A stretch of 64,000 nt of DNA from Planctomycetaceae bacterium (lineage in GTDB: Bacteria > Planctomycetota > PLA2), in contig JBQTIG010000011.1 in NCBI GenBank assembly GCA_052388375.1, positions 92,080-156,079 on the forward strand, in the 5' to 3' direction. Shown here piece by piece: positions 50,882 to 60,368 of this stretch (position 1 is the first letter of the stretch; the number at the start of each line of letters is the position of its first letter). A program made the position numbers and the translations under genes. The notes below the pieces were generated by a model. That model worked only from the letters and a program-made list of their open reading frames with translations. It was not told where the DNA came from and did not search any database.

Positions 50882-51931
50882 TCAGTCCTTCGGCAGGCTC
50901 TTGTCGGGGGCGACGGCGCGCAGGGCGGATGCGAGGGCTTGCGCCTTGATCTTGCCTGTCAGGAGCTTCGCGAGCTTGCCGTCCTTCTTCAGCACCGCGA
51001 CGGCCGGGGTCTCCGCGGCTCCCACGCGCTCCATCACCTCCGGGTGCGCCGAGGCGTCGAGCTTGACGCAGGCGAGTTGGGCGCCGAACCGGCGCACCAG
51101 AGGGTCGCCCAGGATCTCGTTCTGCAGCGCCTTCGCTTCCGGCTTGGCGGCATCGTCGGCGGAGAATAGATAGACCAGCAGGCCCCCCTTCTTCGCGCCC
51201 TCCACCCGCGCGAGGGCCGCCTCCAGATCGTCGCCCCAGTCGAAGTTGCGGTCCTCCCCCGGCACGAACCGCCCCTCCTGGGCACCCATCCACCAGCGCA
51301 AATAGGCTTCGTGCTCGTTGGGCCAGGAATGGCCGAGCCCGGGCTGGAGCCGCACCTCGACGGAGCGCACCTTCTCCCGGAGCAGGTCCACCGTCTTCCG
51401 CGCCGCGTCGGCGTTGGGGTCGTCCGCCCCCGCCAGGGCAAGGGCGCCCATCCCCTTGCGCGCCCACTTGGGCACCGCGCCCCCGTTGTAGCCGGCCGCC
51501 ACCCAGGTGGCGCTGCAGGGGTGCAGGTCGTCGTCGAAGGCGATCGACGCAAGGTTCCAGCCGCCGTTCGAATACCCCACGACGTGGACCTTGGCCGGGT
51601 CGATGGGAAGCGTGGCCTTGAGATGCGCCCCGATGCGCAGCACCGCCTTGATGTCTGCGGGGCTCCATCCATCACCCTTGGACTTGGGCGCGCAGACGAC
51701 ATAGCCGTCGTCCTCCCAAAGCGCCAGGGTCGCCGCCATGCCCGAGGCCGTCCCTCCGAGACCATGGAGGATGAGGACGAGCGACGCCGGCTTCTCCTTG
51801 TCGATTTCGTCGGGAACCAGGAGCCAGGTGTCCAGCCCCTCGATGACGCGATTCGTCTTTCCGGGGGCGGGGCCTTCGTCGGCCACCGCGACCGCGACGA
51901 GCAGGAGCGAGAAGAGGGCGGAAGCGCGCAT
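50882..51931 (-). CDS. Secreted alpha/beta-hydrolase (esterase/depolymerase-like) fused to C-terminal thioredoxin-like domain
   Basis: 349 aa from MRASALFSLLLVAVAVA; LILHGLGG, GYSNGG nucleophile elbow; C-terminal about 110 aa thioredoxin-fold-like; start coordinate plus/minus 10 nt. Confidence 0.6.
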   Translation of the reverse strand: MRASALFSLLLVAVAVADEGPAPGKTNRVIEGLDTWLLVPDEIDKEKPASLVLILHGLGGTASGMAATLALWEDDGYVVCAPKSKGDGWSPADIKAVLRIGAHLKATLPIDPAKVHVVGYSNGGWNLASIAFDDDLHPCSATWVAAGYNGGAVPKWARKGMGALALAGADDPNADAARKTVDLLREKVRSVEVRLQPGLGHSWPNEHEAYLRWWMGAQEGRFVPGEDRNFDWGDDLEAALARVEGAKKGGLLVYLFSADDAAKPEAKALQNEILGDPLVRRFGAQLACVKLDASAHPEVMERVGAAETPAVAVLKKDGKLAKLLTGKIKAQALASALRAVAPDKSLPKD

Positions 51932-51958
51932 GCCTGGACCCGCATAGAATCCCCGACG

Positions 51959-52933
51959 GTGCGCCTCTTCGCCATCCTCCTCCTCTGCGGCCTGCTCCTG
52001 CCCGCCTGCGCCCGGGACCCGATGGCCCCCGCCCCCCTCCCTCTCGCCCGCCTCGAAGCCAGGCCGCTGCCCGCGGGGCAACGCATCGAGCTGGATGGAC
52101 GCAGGAACGACGCAGCGTGGGACGAAACTCCCGAGCTGGTCGTGGCCCTCACGGGTCCCGGCCCGACGGAGGTGCGGCTCCGGGCGCTCCATGACGGGGA
52201 GAGGCTCTTCCTCCTAGCCGAATGGGAGGACCGAGAGGTCTCCCTGAACCGCTATTGGAAGCTGCAGGAGGGGGGAGCGTGGGTACGCCACGTCGGGGAG
52301 GACGGCATCGCGCTCCTCTGGGTCCCCGGGTCCCTGGGGGAGGTCTTTCGCACACAGGGTTGCGCGATCTCCTGCCACGATGCCAGGCATCAACGCGACG
52401 GCCCGCGCGGCTATTTCGATGTCTGGAGCTGGGGCGCGCAGCGGTCCAGCCAGTTCGGCCAAGCCATCGACATGGTTCTGGATTTCGGGGCGGGCGGGCG
52501 ACTGCGCGGGGACGGCCAGCCCGCCGAGTCGGGAAACCTGCCCAACGAGAACAGCCAGTTCCGCGGCCCGGCGGCCGTGCCGCAGCGGGTCACTCCAGAG
52601 TCGACGCGCTTCCTGCGCTGGGCCAACGCGCAGCCCTTTTCCCTCGAGCGTCACGAGGCGAGGAAGCAGGACTCGGTCGGATGGGAGGTGCCCTACGACC
52701 TGCTGCGCCCGGGCAAGGGGAGCCGCGGCGACGTCGCAGCAGCCGGCTTTCACGCCGAGGGGAGGTGGTGCGTGGAGATGAGCCGGCTGTTTCGCACCGG
52801 CAACGGCGATGACGAGCCCCTCGGGGATCCGATCGCGCCCGCGCACTTCGCCCTGACGCTGCACGATGCGGCGGAAGGGGGCGACCACGCGATCTCGGGC
52901 CCGATCGAACTGCGCTTCGTGGCGGCCCGTTAG
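51959..52933 (+). CDS. Lipoprotein with ethylbenzene-dehydrogenase-like (EB_dh/DOMON-type) haem-binding domain
   Basis: GTG start VRLFAILLLCGLLLPAC lipobox; family call tentative; start plus/minus 10 nt. Confidence 0.45.
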   Translation: MRLFAILLLCGLLLPACARDPMAPAPLPLARLEARPLPAGQRIELDGRRNDAAWDETPELVVALTGPGPTEVRLRALHDGERLFLLAEWEDREVSLNRYWKLQEGGAWVRHVGEDGIALLWVPGSLGEVFRTQGCAISCHDARHQRDGPRGYFDVWSWGAQRSSQFGQAIDMVLDFGAGGRLRGDGQPAESGNLPNENSQFRGPAAVPQRVTPESTRFLRWANAQPFSLERHEARKQDSVGWEVPYDLLRPGKGSRGDVAAAGFHAEGRWCVEMSRLFRTGNGDDEPLGDPIAPAHFALTLHDAAEGGDHAISGPIELRFVAAR

Positions 52934-53036
52934 ACAGGAATGGACAGCGCTCCGCCAAGGCCCCGGCCCGTCCCCGCCCCCGGGGCGGCAGTCTTGCGGC
53001 ACGCGGTGTGCGATTCATCCATGGGAGACTCCGTCC

Positions 53037-54224
53037 ATGAAAAAGCCGTACGTCTGCTTGGCCCTCCTGCTCGGGGCCGCCACCGCCCCCGCCGACGAAG
53101 CGGCGCGATTCCCCGAAGCACGGCGCGCCCTCGAGCGCGGCATCGCCTGGCTCCTGACCCAGCAGAAGGAGGGGGTCTGGTACCTCGAGATGGAGGGCAA
53201 GAACTTGCCCAATCCGGGCTACACCGCGCTCGCGCTCGCGCCGGTGGCGGCCTCCATCCCCAAGGCCGAGCGGGCCAAGCACCCGCTCCTCGCCAAGACG
53301 GCCGGGTTCCTCCTCGCCCTGCAGCAGGAGGACGGCCGTCTCACCGCGCCGGGTTTCGAAGCCTATGAGAACTATCTCACCTCGGCCGCCCTCATGGCCC
53401 TCGTGGTCATCGACGACCCGGCGCAGGCGGCCGCCCGGGACCGCATGAAGGACTATCTTCTCGCTTCGCAGCGGCGGGACGAGAAACGCAACGAGGGCGG
53501 GTTCGGCTACAACAAGCAGAAGGGGGCGGATCTCTCCAACGCGCAGTACGCCATCGAGGCGCTCCGCGCCGCCGGCATCCCCGAGGACCACGAGGCGATG
53601 GTCGCGGCGCGCCGCTACCTCTCGCGGATCCAGAATCGGAGCGAGAACGAGGAGAACGAAGGTGCCGCGTGGGTGGTGGAGGCCGAGGGCCAGGGAAAGG
53701 TCACGGTCGTCCCCGGGAACGACGGCTCGGCCCCCTATGAGCCGGGTGTCTCGAAGGCAGGGCTGCGCAAGCTTCCCGACGGGACTCATGTCGCCCGCGG
53801 CTACGGCTCCATGACCTACGCCCTCCTCAAGTGCTACATCCTCGCGGGCGTCGGGAAAGACGACGCGCGGGTGAAGGCGGCCGTCGAATGGCTGGCCGCG
53901 AATTACACCTGGGAGGAGAACCCCGGCTTCGCGGACGTCGTCCGCGAGGACCCGGCGCGCAAGGACGCACCCTACTTCGGACTCTACTACTACTACCTCA
54001 CCGCCGCGAAGGCGCTCGCGCTGGTGGGGATCGACGAACTCCGCACGCCCCAAGGGATGCGCGACTGGCGGAAGGATCTCGCCGCCGCGATCGTCTCCAG
54101 GCAGGCGGCGGACGGGTCCTGGATCAACTCCCAGAGTCCACGCTGGGACGAAGGGAACGCGGTGCTGGTGACCGCCTACGCGACGGCCGCCCTGCAAGAG
54201 ATCTTGGGCGAACGCGGGCGGTGA
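53037..54224 (+). CDS. Secreted prenyltransferase/squalene-oxidase-repeat (terpene-cyclase alpha/alpha-toroid fold) protein
   Basis: Signal peptide MKKPYVCLALLLGAATAPA; QxxDG(G)W/F-like repeats (QQEDGRL, RQAADGSW); RBS GGGAG. Confidence 0.62.
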   Translation: MKKPYVCLALLLGAATAPADEAARFPEARRALERGIAWLLTQQKEGVWYLEMEGKNLPNPGYTALALAPVAASIPKAERAKHPLLAKTAGFLLALQQEDGRLTAPGFEAYENYLTSAALMALVVIDDPAQAAARDRMKDYLLASQRRDEKRNEGGFGYNKQKGADLSNAQYAIEALRAAGIPEDHEAMVAARRYLSRIQNRSENEENEGAAWVVEAEGQGKVTVVPGNDGSAPYEPGVSKAGLRKLPDGTHVARGYGSMTYALLKCYILAGVGKDDARVKAAVEWLAANYTWEENPGFADVVREDPARKDAPYFGLYYYYLTAAKALALVGIDELRTPQGMRDWRKDLAAAIVSRQAADGSWINSQSPRWDEGNAVLVTAYATAALQEILGERGR

Positions 54225-54910
54225 GCGCCGTCGCGAAGGCCTTCCCCTCACTCCCGGGCGCGGCCGGCGCGGCCGCAAGCTGCGCTGGCTGCGTCGTCGC
54301 CTTCCAGCTCTTCGCCCTCGCGCCGGGGGAGGGCGCCGCCTTCGCCGCCTGCGCGCTCTGCCTCGTCTTCGCTGCGGCGGTAGGGCCCTTCCTCGTCGCG
54401 GGCGCGGACGCCGCGGCGGCCCTTCTGCGCTGCGCGGCCGTGGCGGCCTGCGGAGCCGCGGTCTGCGCGGGACTCGGCGCGGCGCGCGGCTCCGCAGCTT
54501 TCGCCGCAGGGCTCGCGGGCGCCTTCTGCGGGCTCTATGCCCTCGCTTTGGGAGCGCTTGCGCAGCTCGGGAGCCTCCTCCTGGGGCATCGACCGGCCGC
54601 CCTCCTCGCCTCCTCGTTGGGCCTCGTTCTTCTCGCCACGCTCTTTTTCTGGGACGGTGCGTTCTTGCGCGACGCCGCCGACCGGAAAGCGAGCGCGCGA
54701 CGCGCCGTGGCCTGGAACGCCGCGGCGGGCGCGGCGGTGACGCTGGAATTCGACTGGATCCACGCGAAGGCGCTCTACTCGGGCAACGAGACCGCCGAAT
54801 CCCTGGCGGGCGTTCCCCGGGAGGGGCTCGGCGGGGTCTCGCTTCGTGCGGGGATCGTCGCGGTCGTGGCGGGGGGGCTCGCCCGCCTGCTCCGGCGGAG
54901 ACCGTCGTGA
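54221..54910 (+). CDS. Ala/Cys-rich polytopic membrane protein, hypothetical
   Basis: GTG start overlapping upstream stop (GTGA); hydrophobic segments with many Cys; low-complexity so reality of ORF uncertain. Confidence 0.38.
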   Translation: MSAVAKAFPSLPGAAGAAASCAGCVVAFQLFALAPGEGAAFAACALCLVFAAAVGPFLVAGADAAAALLRCAAVAACGAAVCAGLGAARGSAAFAAGLAGAFCGLYALALGALAQLGSLLLGHRPAALLASSLGLVLLATLFFWDGAFLRDAADRKASARRAVAWNAAAGAAVTLEFDWIHAKALYSGNETAESLAGVPREGLGGVSLRAGIVAVVAGGLARLLRRRPS

Positions 54911-55566
54911 TGGGGTCGGTCCTCATCGTCGGGGCTGGAGGGATCGGCTCCCCGGTGGCGTGGATCCTGCGCGAGGCGGGGGTCGAGGCGATCACCGTGG
55001 TCGACCCGGACGGGGTCGAGCTGGAGAACCTCCACCGTCAGATCCTCTTCCGCGACGAGGATCTGGGCCGTGCCAAGGCGGAGGTGCTTGCCGGGCGGCT
55101 CCGGGTGGAGGGGAGGCGCCTGCGCGTCGAGCGGCAGAACGGCCCTGCCCTCCTCAAGGGCCGCGCCTGCGTCGTGGACGGGACCGACAGCTTTGCGTCC
55201 AAGATGCTGCTCAACGACCTCTGCCTCGACGCGGGAGTGCCCCTCGTCCATGCCGGGGCGGCGGGGTTCCGGGGCCAGGTCCTGCTGGTGCGCCGCGGGG
55301 GCCCCTGCCTGCGCTGCCTCCTGCCGGAGCCGCCCGATGCCGCCACCGACGAGTGCCGCATCACGGGCATCCTCGGCCCCGCCGCCGGCTCGGTCGCGGC
55401 CTTGGCGGCGGGCGAGGCGCTGCGCGCCCTCGCCGGGGACCGCGGGCGGTCGGATCTGCTCCTCGTGGACCTGGCGAGCGGGCGCCTGCGCCGGGCCGCC
55501 CTCGCCGCGGCGCCCGGGTGCCGCTGCTCGGCAAGCGCGATTCCCGCGTCGGGTTCCTCCTGCTAG
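54907..55566 (+). CDS. ThiF/MoeB/HesA-family E1-like adenylyltransferase (short, lacks N-terminal RYxRQ segment)
   Basis: VLIVGAGGIGSPVA Rossmann, DxDxxE, catalytic-region Cys, CxxC; start overlaps upstream stop (GTGATG). Confidence 0.7.
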   Translation: MMGSVLIVGAGGIGSPVAWILREAGVEAITVVDPDGVELENLHRQILFRDEDLGRAKAEVLAGRLRVEGRRLRVERQNGPALLKGRACVVDGTDSFASKMLLNDLCLDAGVPLVHAGAAGFRGQVLLVRRGGPCLRCLLPEPPDAATDECRITGILGPAAGSVAALAAGEALRALAGDRGRSDLLLVDLASGRLRRAALAAAPGCRCSASAIPASGSSC

Positions 55567-55578
55567 GCTAGGAGGGGC

Positions 55579-55818
55579 ATGCGCACGAAGAAAAAGTTCA
55601 TCATCACGTTCCCCAAGGATTTGGTGCGCGAGCCCTGGAACTACAACCTCATCACCCGCTACGACATCATCCCCAACATCGTAGCGGGCACGATCTCGGA
55701 AGAGAGCGCCATCCTCGGCTATGAGTTCGACGGCGAGGAGGCCAACGTCCGCCAAGCCATCGCCTATCTCAAGGAGAAGGGCGTGCAGGTCGAGGCCGTC
55801 GACGAGATCCGTCTCTGA
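55579..55818 (+). CDS. Stand-alone NIL domain protein
   Basis: 79 aa; matches NIL-domain pattern (IPNIVAGTI...GYEFDG...A..YLKEKGVQVE); locally lower GC. Confidence 0.62.
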   Translation: MRTKKKFIITFPKDLVREPWNYNLITRYDIIPNIVAGTISEESAILGYEFDGEEANVRQAIAYLKEKGVQVEAVDEIRL

Positions 55819-55871
55819 AGCTCACGCCCAGCCAGGTCCGACGCTACGCGCGCCAGATCCTGCTCCCGGAA

Positions 55872-56207
55872 GTGGGGGGCGACGGACAGGCGCGCATCCT
55901 CGCCGGTTCCATCCTCCTCCGCGGCTACGCCCCGCTCTGCGAAGGCTACCTGAGGGCCGCGGGCGTAGGGCGCGTTGCGGGCGCGGGGGAGGCGGATCTA
56001 GTCGTGGATCTCGCGGACGGCGCGGGGATCGGGCAGGCGGGTTTCTGGGGGGGCGCGCTCGGGCGTCGCGTCCTGGTCGGAGTGCCGCCGGTGCAGGGTG
56101 AGCCTGCGCACCCGGCGGCGCGCGCGCTGGTCGAGGCGCTCGCCGCGGGCGAAGCGCTGCGCATGCTGTTGGGCGTGCGCCCCCACGCCTACGACTTCGT
56201 CCTATAG
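55872..56207 (+). CDS. Degenerate ThiF-like protein (Gly-rich nucleotide loop lost); N-terminal RYARQILLPE segment encoded upstream of first canonical start
   Basis: In-frame upstream region (from about 55822) encodes QVRRYARQILLPEVGGDGQARIL, the ThiF/MoeB N-terminal signature, but contains no ATG/GTG/TTG; possible CTG start overlapping NIL stop, or pseudogene. Confidence 0.42.
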   Translation: MGGDGQARILAGSILLRGYAPLCEGYLRAAGVGRVAGAGEADLVVDLADGAGIGQAGFWGGALGRRVLVGVPPVQGEPAHPAARALVEALAAGEALRMLLGVRPHAYDFVL

Positions 56208-57131
56208 CAGTGGACCGTAGATCCGCAGGATGGTGGCGATCGCGAACCAGGCGATCCAGGCGGCCATGACGCCCCAGAGGATCTTGCCGAGGATCCCGCA
56301 GGAGCGGAGAAAGCCGGTTTCCGCCAATTCCGCCTCCTCGGCGGCGATCGACTCGAGCGCCGCGGTGATGTTGCCGGCGAGCTCCGCGGTGGAGACGCGC
56401 GCGATCTGATCGGGCGCGAGGAGCCCGCCGCGGGCCAAGGCGACCGCCAGGGCCTCGCCGCGCTCGACGGCCGCGCGCGCCTCGCCTCCGTCCGGACTGC
56501 GCGCCCCTCTCGAGGCGACCCCGAGGGCGCGGTCCAGGGGGATCCCCGACTCGTAACCCGCCGCAAGGATCGCGGTGAAGGCTGCACGGCGGCCGTGGCG
56601 CGCCGCGCTGCCGAACCCCGGGAGGCGGTCGACGATGCGCCGGAACCGCGCTTCCCCCTCGGCGGTGCGGCGAAGCAGCACGACGGCGAGGAGTGCGGCG
56701 TAGGCCGGCAGGAGCAGGGCGAGCACCTGCACGAACCAACCCGCGGGGAAGTCACGGCGAGCCACGGCTCCGGGGAGCGGCGCCAGCATCGCCGTCATGT
56801 GGAAGAGCAGGATCGGATAGCCGGCCGCGGACCAGAGGCGGCGTATCGCGACGGCGCGCCGGTCGCGCAGGGCGACGAGGCGGTCCAAGTTGGCGTCGAG
56901 CCGGCCGGTCTCCTCGCCGGCCTGCACCAGCGCGACCTCCTCGGACGGGACGACGCCCTCGAGTGCGGCGGAAAGGGGTGCGCGCCCGGCAAGGGTGGCT
57001 TCCAGCCGCTCTCCCAGTTCCCGGCCCAGGGTGCCGTTCCCGCGCAGGACGCGCACCGCGTCGGCAAGGGTCACCCCGGCGCGCAGGAGCGCGGCCAACC
57101 CCGCGTAGGCGTCCCGCACCGGATCGGGCAT
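56202..57131 (-). CDS. Inner-membrane protein with single T2SS-F/TadB-C-like domain (tentative)
   Basis: 309 aa, C-terminal TM helices; family call from weak motif resemblance. Confidence 0.4.
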   Translation of the reverse strand: MPDPVRDAYAGLAALLRAGVTLADAVRVLRGNGTLGRELGERLEATLAGRAPLSAALEGVVPSEEVALVQAGEETGRLDANLDRLVALRDRRAVAIRRLWSAAGYPILLFHMTAMLAPLPGAVARRDFPAGWFVQVLALLLPAYAALLAVVLLRRTAEGEARFRRIVDRLPGFGSAARHGRRAAFTAILAAGYESGIPLDRALGVASRGARSPDGGEARAAVERGEALAVALARGGLLAPDQIARVSTAELAGNITAALESIAAEEAELAETGFLRSCGILGKILWGVMAAWIAWFAIATILRIYGPLL

Positions 57132-57150
57132 GCGGGTCCGCGGGGCGCGC

Positions 57151-58236
57151 CTACTCCGGATCCACCTCGCCCGCGTATTCGGACGAGGGGTCGAAGGGTC
57201 CGGGCACCTTGTCGAGCTTCTCCAGATCGGTCTTCCAGCGCTTGTAGTGCATCCGAATGATGTAGGCGATGTACTTCTTCTCGCTCCCGGGCCGCAAGAC
57301 CGACTTCCCCTTTGCGCTGAGCCAGCCGTCCATCTCGCGCAGCGCCTCGTCGCAGAGCTTGAGCGAGGACTCGAGGAGCCGCTCCTCGAAGCTGTCGACG
57401 TCCGTGATGGTGTCGCGCAATTGGGCCATCGCGCCGAGGATGCGCAGGAAGGCGGGCTTCCCGATGAGGATGAGTTCGCTCTTGGCGCGCAGCGAGGCCG
57501 CTCCCGCGTCGGGGTCCATGACGAGCTTGATCAACTCGTCGATGCGCGCCCGGACTTCGGGCGGCGTGTCCTCCAGGTGGGGGAGGTCGGCCGGGGCGTC
57601 GTACGCGCTCACCAACTCGCGCGGCCTCTCCCCGCCGATCTTGGGCTTGTCCGGAGCGACCGGCGGGTTGTCAGAAGCGACGGGCGGCTTGTCGGAAGAG
57701 TCCGGCGGCTTGTCGGGCGTGGGGGGGGTGTCGCTGGTGGGTTGGGTGGGGACCGCGGGCTTCCTCGCCTCGCCACCCGTTCCGGGATTCGCCGGGTTCT
57801 CCGCGGTGGGGGTTCCGCCGGTCAGTTCCGGCGCGGGACCCTTGTCCTTCTTCTTCATGGTGACGAAGAGGACCAGAATGAGCGCCAGGACCAGGGCGCC
57901 CCCGATCACGACGACCTTCTGGCCTCCTCCCTGACCCCCGCGCTGGGAGCGGGAGCCGCGACCGCCGCGCTGCTCCTCCTGCTCCGCGCCCGCGTCCCTC
58001 CTCGAAGCGCGCCCGCGTGCGGCGGCGGGCTTCTCGGCGCGGCCCCGTCCTGCCCGCGCCGCGGGGCGGACGCGGGACGAGGAGGAGCGGCCGGAGACGG
58101 GGGAGGCCGGCTTCGCCTCACCCACCTTGACGGTGGCGCCGCACTCCTTGCAGGCGAATCCGGAAGCGGTAAAGCCCTCCTTGAGCTTGTACTTCTTCCC
58201 GCAGCGGGGGCAGACGGCGACGGTTCCTTCGGTCAT
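57151..58236 (-). CDS. Zinc-ribbon/TM/Pro-rich repeat protein
   Basis: N-terminal CPRCG..CKECG, one TM, DKPP-type Pro-rich repeats, C-terminal helical domain. Confidence 0.55.
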   Translation of the reverse strand: MTEGTVAVCPRCGKKYKLKEGFTASGFACKECGATVKVGEAKPASPVSGRSSSSRVRPAARAGRGRAEKPAAARGRASRRDAGAEQEEQRGGRGSRSQRGGQGGGQKVVVIGGALVLALILVLFVTMKKKDKGPAPELTGGTPTAENPANPGTGGEARKPAVPTQPTSDTPPTPDKPPDSSDKPPVASDNPPVAPDKPKIGGERPRELVSAYDAPADLPHLEDTPPEVRARIDELIKLVMDPDAGAASLRAKSELILIGKPAFLRILGAMAQLRDTITDVDSFEERLLESSLKLCDEALREMDGWLSAKGKSVLRPGSEKKYIAYIIRMHYKRWKTDLEKLDKVPGPFDPSSEYAGEVDPE

Positions 58237-58358
58237 GGGATCGCTCCTCGTCTTGACAACGGCTCATGATACCGCAGGTTCGACCTCCCCCGCCCCCCTC
58301 CCTCGCGTCGGGAGGGCGAGGTCCGTCTCGCGCCGGGGAGCGGGGAGACGGTCCTAGA

Positions 58359-60368
58359 ATGGCTCTCATGTCCGCCTTTCGACTGCGGTCCGAATTCGAA
58401 CCGAAGGGGGACCAGCCCGACGCCATCGAGGCGCTCACCCTGGGGATCGCTCAGGGGGCGCGGGAGCAGACGCTTCTCGGGGTGACCGGATCGGGCAAGA
58501 CCTTCACGATCGCCCACACCCTGGCCCGCGCGGGACGGCCGGCCCTGGTGCTCGCGCCCAACAAGGTGCTCGCCGCCCAGCTGTTCGACGAGTTCCGCCA
58601 CCTCTTTCCCGAGAACGCGGTGGAGTACTTCGTCTCCTACTACGACTACTACCTGCCCGAGGCCTACGTCCCGTCCACCGACACCTTCATCGAGAAGGAG
58701 GCGACAATCAACGACCGCATCGACCGGATGCGTCATCGCGCCACCTACTCGGTGCTCACGCGGCGCGACGTGATCGTGGTCGCCTCGATCTCCTGTATCT
58801 TCGGCCTCGGCTCGCCGGAGTCCTACCACGATATGCACCTCCACCTGGAGGCGGGGCAGATCCAGGCGCGGGACGACCTGCTGCGCAAGCTCGCGATCAA
58901 CCTGTACAACCGCGCGGGGATGGACTTCCACCGCGGCACGTTTCGCGTGCGCGGCGACGTCGTGGATGTCTTCCCGGTCTACGCCGACGACCACGTGGTG
59001 CGCCTCGAGTTCTTCGGGGACACGCTGGAGGCGATCCGCATCATCGACCCTCTCACCGGGGAGGTTCGGGAGACCCGCGCCAGCGTCGACATCTACCCGG
59101 GGAGCCACTACGTGACGCCGCAGGAGCGCATGGATCAGGCCTGCACGACCATCGAGGCGGAGCTGGAGGAGCGCATCCGGTTCTTCCGCGCGCACCGGAA
59201 GCTGCTGGAGGCGCAGCGCATCGAGCAGCGCACCCGCTACGACCTGGAGCTCCTGCGGGAAGTCGGGACCTGCGCCGGCATCGAGAACTATTCGCGCCAC
59301 CTGGACGGGCGCGCGCCGGGCCAGGCGCCCTGGACGCTCCTCAGCTACTTCCCCGCAGATTTCCTTCTCATCGTGGACGAGAGCCACATCTCCCTCCCCC
59401 AGGCGGGGGGGATGTATCGCGGGGATCGATCGCGCAAGGAGGTCCTCGTGGAGCACGGCTTCCGGCTCCCCTCCGCCCTCGACAACCGTCCCCTCACGTT
59501 CGAGGAGTTCGAGGAGCGCGCGGGCCAGCGCATCTACGTGAGCGCGACCCCCTCCGAGTTCGAGCTGCGCCGCTCGTCGGGGCGCGTGGCGGAGCAGATC
59601 GTCCGCCCCACGGGACTGATCGATCCCGTGGTGGAGGTGCGTCCGGTGGAGCACCAGGTGGACGACCTGATGGCAGAGATCCGGGCCCGGGCGGCGCTCC
59701 GCGAGCGCACCCTGGTGACCACCCTCACCAAGCGGATGGCGGAGGAGCTGACCGAGTACTACGCCGAGGCGGGGGTGCGCTGCCGCTACCTGCACAGCGA
59801 CGTCGAGACCCTGGAACGGACCGAGATCGTGCGCGAGCTCCGCCAGGGCCTCTTCGACGCGCTCATCGGGATCAACCTCCTGCGCGAGGGGCTCGATCTC
59901 CCCGAGGTCTCCCTCGTGGCGGTGCTGGATGCCGACAAGGAGGGGTTCCTGCGCGACACGCGCTCGCTCATCCAGACGAGCGGCCGCGCCGCACGCAACC
60001 TCAACGGCAAGGTGATCTTCTATGCCGACACCGTGACCGGGTCGATGCGGCGCGCCCTCGACGAGATGGACCGCCGCCGCACCCGCCAGCTCGCCTACAA
60101 CGCGAAGCACGGGATCACGCCGGAGAGCGTGCGCAAGCGCATCGGCGACCTCCTGGCCAGCGTCTACGAGGCGGACTACGCGCCGGTTCCCGAGGCGCGG
60201 GAGGAGGCGCCGCCCTTCGAGCGCTGGTCGCCGGAGCGCACCGCCCAGGAGATCGCCCGGCTCCAGCGGGAGATGCTGCGATCGGCGGAAGAGCTGAAAT
60301 TCGAACGGGCCGCGGAGCTGCGCGACCGGATCCGCGAACTCGAGGCGCACGAGCTTCGCGTCCGATGA
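58359..60368 (+). CDS. uvrB: Excinuclease ABC subunit B
   Basis: GVTGSGKT Walker A, helicase motifs, C-terminal UVR domain; start at MALMSAF or MSAFRL 9 nt later. Confidence 0.9.
   Translation: MALMSAFRLRSEFEPKGDQPDAIEALTLGIAQGAREQTLLGVTGSGKTFTIAHTLARAGRPALVLAPNKVLAAQLFDEFRHLFPENAVEYFVSYYDYYLPEAYVPSTDTFIEKEATINDRIDRMRHRATYSVLTRRDVIVVASISCIFGLGSPESYHDMHLHLEAGQIQARDDLLRKLAINLYNRAGMDFHRGTFRVRGDVVDVFPVYADDHVVRLEFFGDTLEAIRIIDPLTGEVRETRASVDIYPGSHYVTPQERMDQACTTIEAELEERIRFFRAHRKLLEAQRIEQRTRYDLELLREVGTCAGIENYSRHLDGRAPGQAPWTLLSYFPADFLLIVDESHISLPQAGGMYRGDRSRKEVLVEHGFRLPSALDNRPLTFEEFEERAGQRIYVSATPSEFELRRSSGRVAEQIVRPTGLIDPVVEVRPVEHQVDDLMAEIRARAALRERTLVTTLTKRMAEELTEYYAEAGVRCRYLHSDVETLERTEIVRELRQGLFDALIGINLLREGLDLPEVSLVAVLDADKEGFLRDTRSLIQTSGRAARNLNGKVIFYADTVTGSMRRALDEMDRRRTRQLAYNAKHGITPESVRKRIGDLLASVYEADYAPVPEAREEAPPFERWSPERTAQEIARLQREMLRSAEELKFERAAELRDRIRELEAHELRVR

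Noticed and set aside
52590-54995. ORF 52590..54995(-), 801 aa, and 60774..63815(-), 1013 aa
   Set aside because: Extremely Arg/Pro/Gly-rich. They lie antisense to PFTB/E1 and to uvrC/tal/xerC, which have unambiguous conserved motifs.
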